Of a DNA stretch of 64,000 nt, positions 61,967 through 64,000 are shown one piece after another; the stretch's first letter is position 1, and every line of letters starts with the position of its first letter. Origin of the DNA: the human T2T-CHM13v2.0 reference genome, Homo sapiens; the NCBI RefSeq assembly GCF_009914755.1, contig NC_060925.1; one strand, 5' to 3'. The position numbers and the translations under genes are program-made. The notes under the pieces were generated by a model, which ran no database searches, was not told where the DNA came from, and worked only from the letters and a program-made list of their open reading frames with translations.

Positions 61967-63089
61967 AAATGATATAGAAATTTTAGGTAAAAGCAAGGAT
62001 TTGAGAAAAATTGGAATAATGGTAAAGGTGCCTTGTTCCACAAAATACATACCTGATTAAGGACCTTTTTTTGCCAGATACTGAGCTAAGTGTCATGAGG
62101 GATGCAAATTAATTACAGTTTTTACCTTCAAGAACTTTAGGATGTAGATGATAGTCTACAAGTGATAAAATGAAGAGCATAGGATTTGAAGTCAGAGAGC
62201 CTGGGTTCAGGCACCAAAGTTTCTAGCCTCAGTTGCTTCCTTTGTATAATGAAGTTATTGAGCCTTACCTTCCTATCTCTTAGATTACCATGAAAATTAG
62301 ACAGGTAGCCTATATGAAAGTACTTAATAAAATTCAGTGAAATTCTATATAACTGTGTGACTTTTAAAGATAGCTTTTATTATTTTATGGCATATTATAA
62401 CTTGTCAATTTTTCATGAACTGAGCAGGAAATTGAATAACTAGAAATCAAAGGCATTTAAAATATAGCCAAGCCTTTATGTTTTCTCGGAAGTTCATAAG
62501 TATTATAGCCATAGGACATTGAGAGGAATTGAGAGCATTTGGGTTTCACCCTTCCTCTTCTTTTGGAGGTATAGACAAGTAGCAAAATAATCATCACGCC
62601 AGTGATCATGTGAAGGAGGGGAACACAACTAGAATGTGAGGGGCCAGGATAGCTAAGAAATAGTAATACAGAAAATGGAAACTCAGAAAGCTTTCTGAAA
62701 ATAAGCCACTAAATAAAAACAGAAGGCTTTGTAACTGCTGTTGTGTCTTCAGAGGTTAGGATATATCGGCAGTTTTTATAGCTCTTTTTCCCCTCTACTA
62801 AATTAAAAACAAATAAAAAGCCTTAAGCTGGAGATTTCAAGCTGATTAGGAAATCAGGCTACAGGAAACAATACTGACTGACCTATGGAACAGTCTTGCA
62901 TTTAGCACAGTTTAACCTACTGGTAGCTGAGATCCTTGGTCATGGAGTTACGGAAGCATTCTGATTTGTGGGATGCTTATAGATTTAGCTCCCTTAAAAT
63001 AATGAGGAAGTCTGTATTTTACTTTTCATAAAAGACAGTACTATATTCACTCTTAGTTACTGACTTTTTTTCCCCCTTCTTTCCCATAG

Positions 63090-63167
63090 TACTACCTGCA
63101 TATGGATGGCAGAGGCAACTATGAATTCAAACAGATAACAGAAGATACAGTTGAGTTTGGCTCTTAG
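63090..63167 (+). CDS. ABCD3: ABCD3 exon 23 coding part YYLHMDGRGNYEFKQITEDTVEFGS*
   Basis: cccatag| ... TCT TAG. Confidence 0.97.
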   Translation, partial: YYLHMDGRGNYEFKQITEDTVEFGS

Positions 63168-64000
63168 AGAAATCTGGAGAACTATACCTGCTTCAGTGAA
63201 ATAATTACAGAATATACTTAGAAAGGCAAAGTACATTGTAAAATAAAGTTGAGCTTAGTTTTTTTTAAAAAAAAAAACAAAGCAACAAATTAACTAGATA
63301 CAGAATAATGGAGAACAAGTTGTTAAAACATTTAATATTATATAGGATATTGCTAATTGTGTATATGTTGGTTTAATTAATAATATGTACTAAGAATGTC
63401 CTTATTCTTGTGGTTAAAAACCTGCCTAAATTAAATTGGGCTTCAATCACTGTAACCTGATTCATCCTGGGATGTAAACCATTCGAAGTCAGCTAATTGG
63501 ACTTTTATGGCTCTATCTTTTCCTTCAGTGAAGAACCCTATTTAAAACTGGGTCATCATTTGTCCTGTTCTAGCAAGATAGTCTTCAGTTTCATTTTCCT
63601 GTGCCCTGTGGTAGTTGGAAACAAATCATAATGTATTATTTAAATGTTTAACATCATTGCATAACAGCGTTTATTATACAGTGGCAGATTTCTTTAGCTG
63701 CCACAGTAATACTCATTCCTTGTGTGTGTCTTGGAGTGCATTTGACTCCAGGAAAAGCCATTTTGGTTTTCCTTAACTAAATGATAAATGTACCCCTCTC
63801 AGTCTGCAGTATTGAGTTGTTTAAAGTATATGTGCAGTCTTGCTTACAAGGAGGGGTTACCATGTATCACACCTAATCTTCCCAATGTTTGGGATATTAA
63901 AACACAAAGTCCTTAACATGCCAGGCTCAAGGTCTTATAAGAGTTCTAGATTTTTAAGAGAATTAGACAAATTTGTGTGTGTTAGAAGCCCATTCATTAG
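63168..64000 (+). other. ABCD3: ABCD3 3' UTR (probably continues past the window end)
   Basis: Follows stop codon; AU-rich, no recognisable repeats; AATAAA at 63242-63247. Confidence 0.85.

Noticed and set aside
63165-63221. Stop-codon readthrough extension, as seen for some peroxisomal proteins
   Set aside because: Context is UAG-AGA, not UGA-CUAG, and the extension ends ...TEYT with no PTS1-like tripeptide

Overview
AT-rich primate (most likely human) genomic DNA covering most of ABCD3 (PMP70, peroxisomal ABC half-transporter) on the + strand. Coding exons 2-23 were mapped by hand; all have GT-AG boundaries and join into one reading frame containing the EAA motif, Walker A, ABC signature, Walker B and H-loop, ending at TAG 63165-63167. 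Exon 1 lies upstream of the window. Introns are filled with Alu, L1, MaLR/ERVL LTR and DNA-transposon relics, which account for most of the ORF track. Main observations: (1) a paralogous 70-nt copy of exon 5 at 18299-18368 with matching phase, intact splice sites and 12/24 identical residues, i.e. a candidate mutually exclusive exon, with RBFOX/QKI-type motifs placed as for a tissue switch; (2) three L1s of different apparent subfamilies sharing non-consensus variants, two of them the same ORF2 nonsense codon, suggesting local gene conversion; (3) a 5.2-kb L1 inserted into an AT-rich palindrome, with fold-back junctions and a 34-nt patch identical to sequence 3.6 kb downstream; (4) an Alu-polyadenylated truncating terminal exon in intron 8. 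Repeat subfamily calls and consensus comparisons are from memory, not from database searches.
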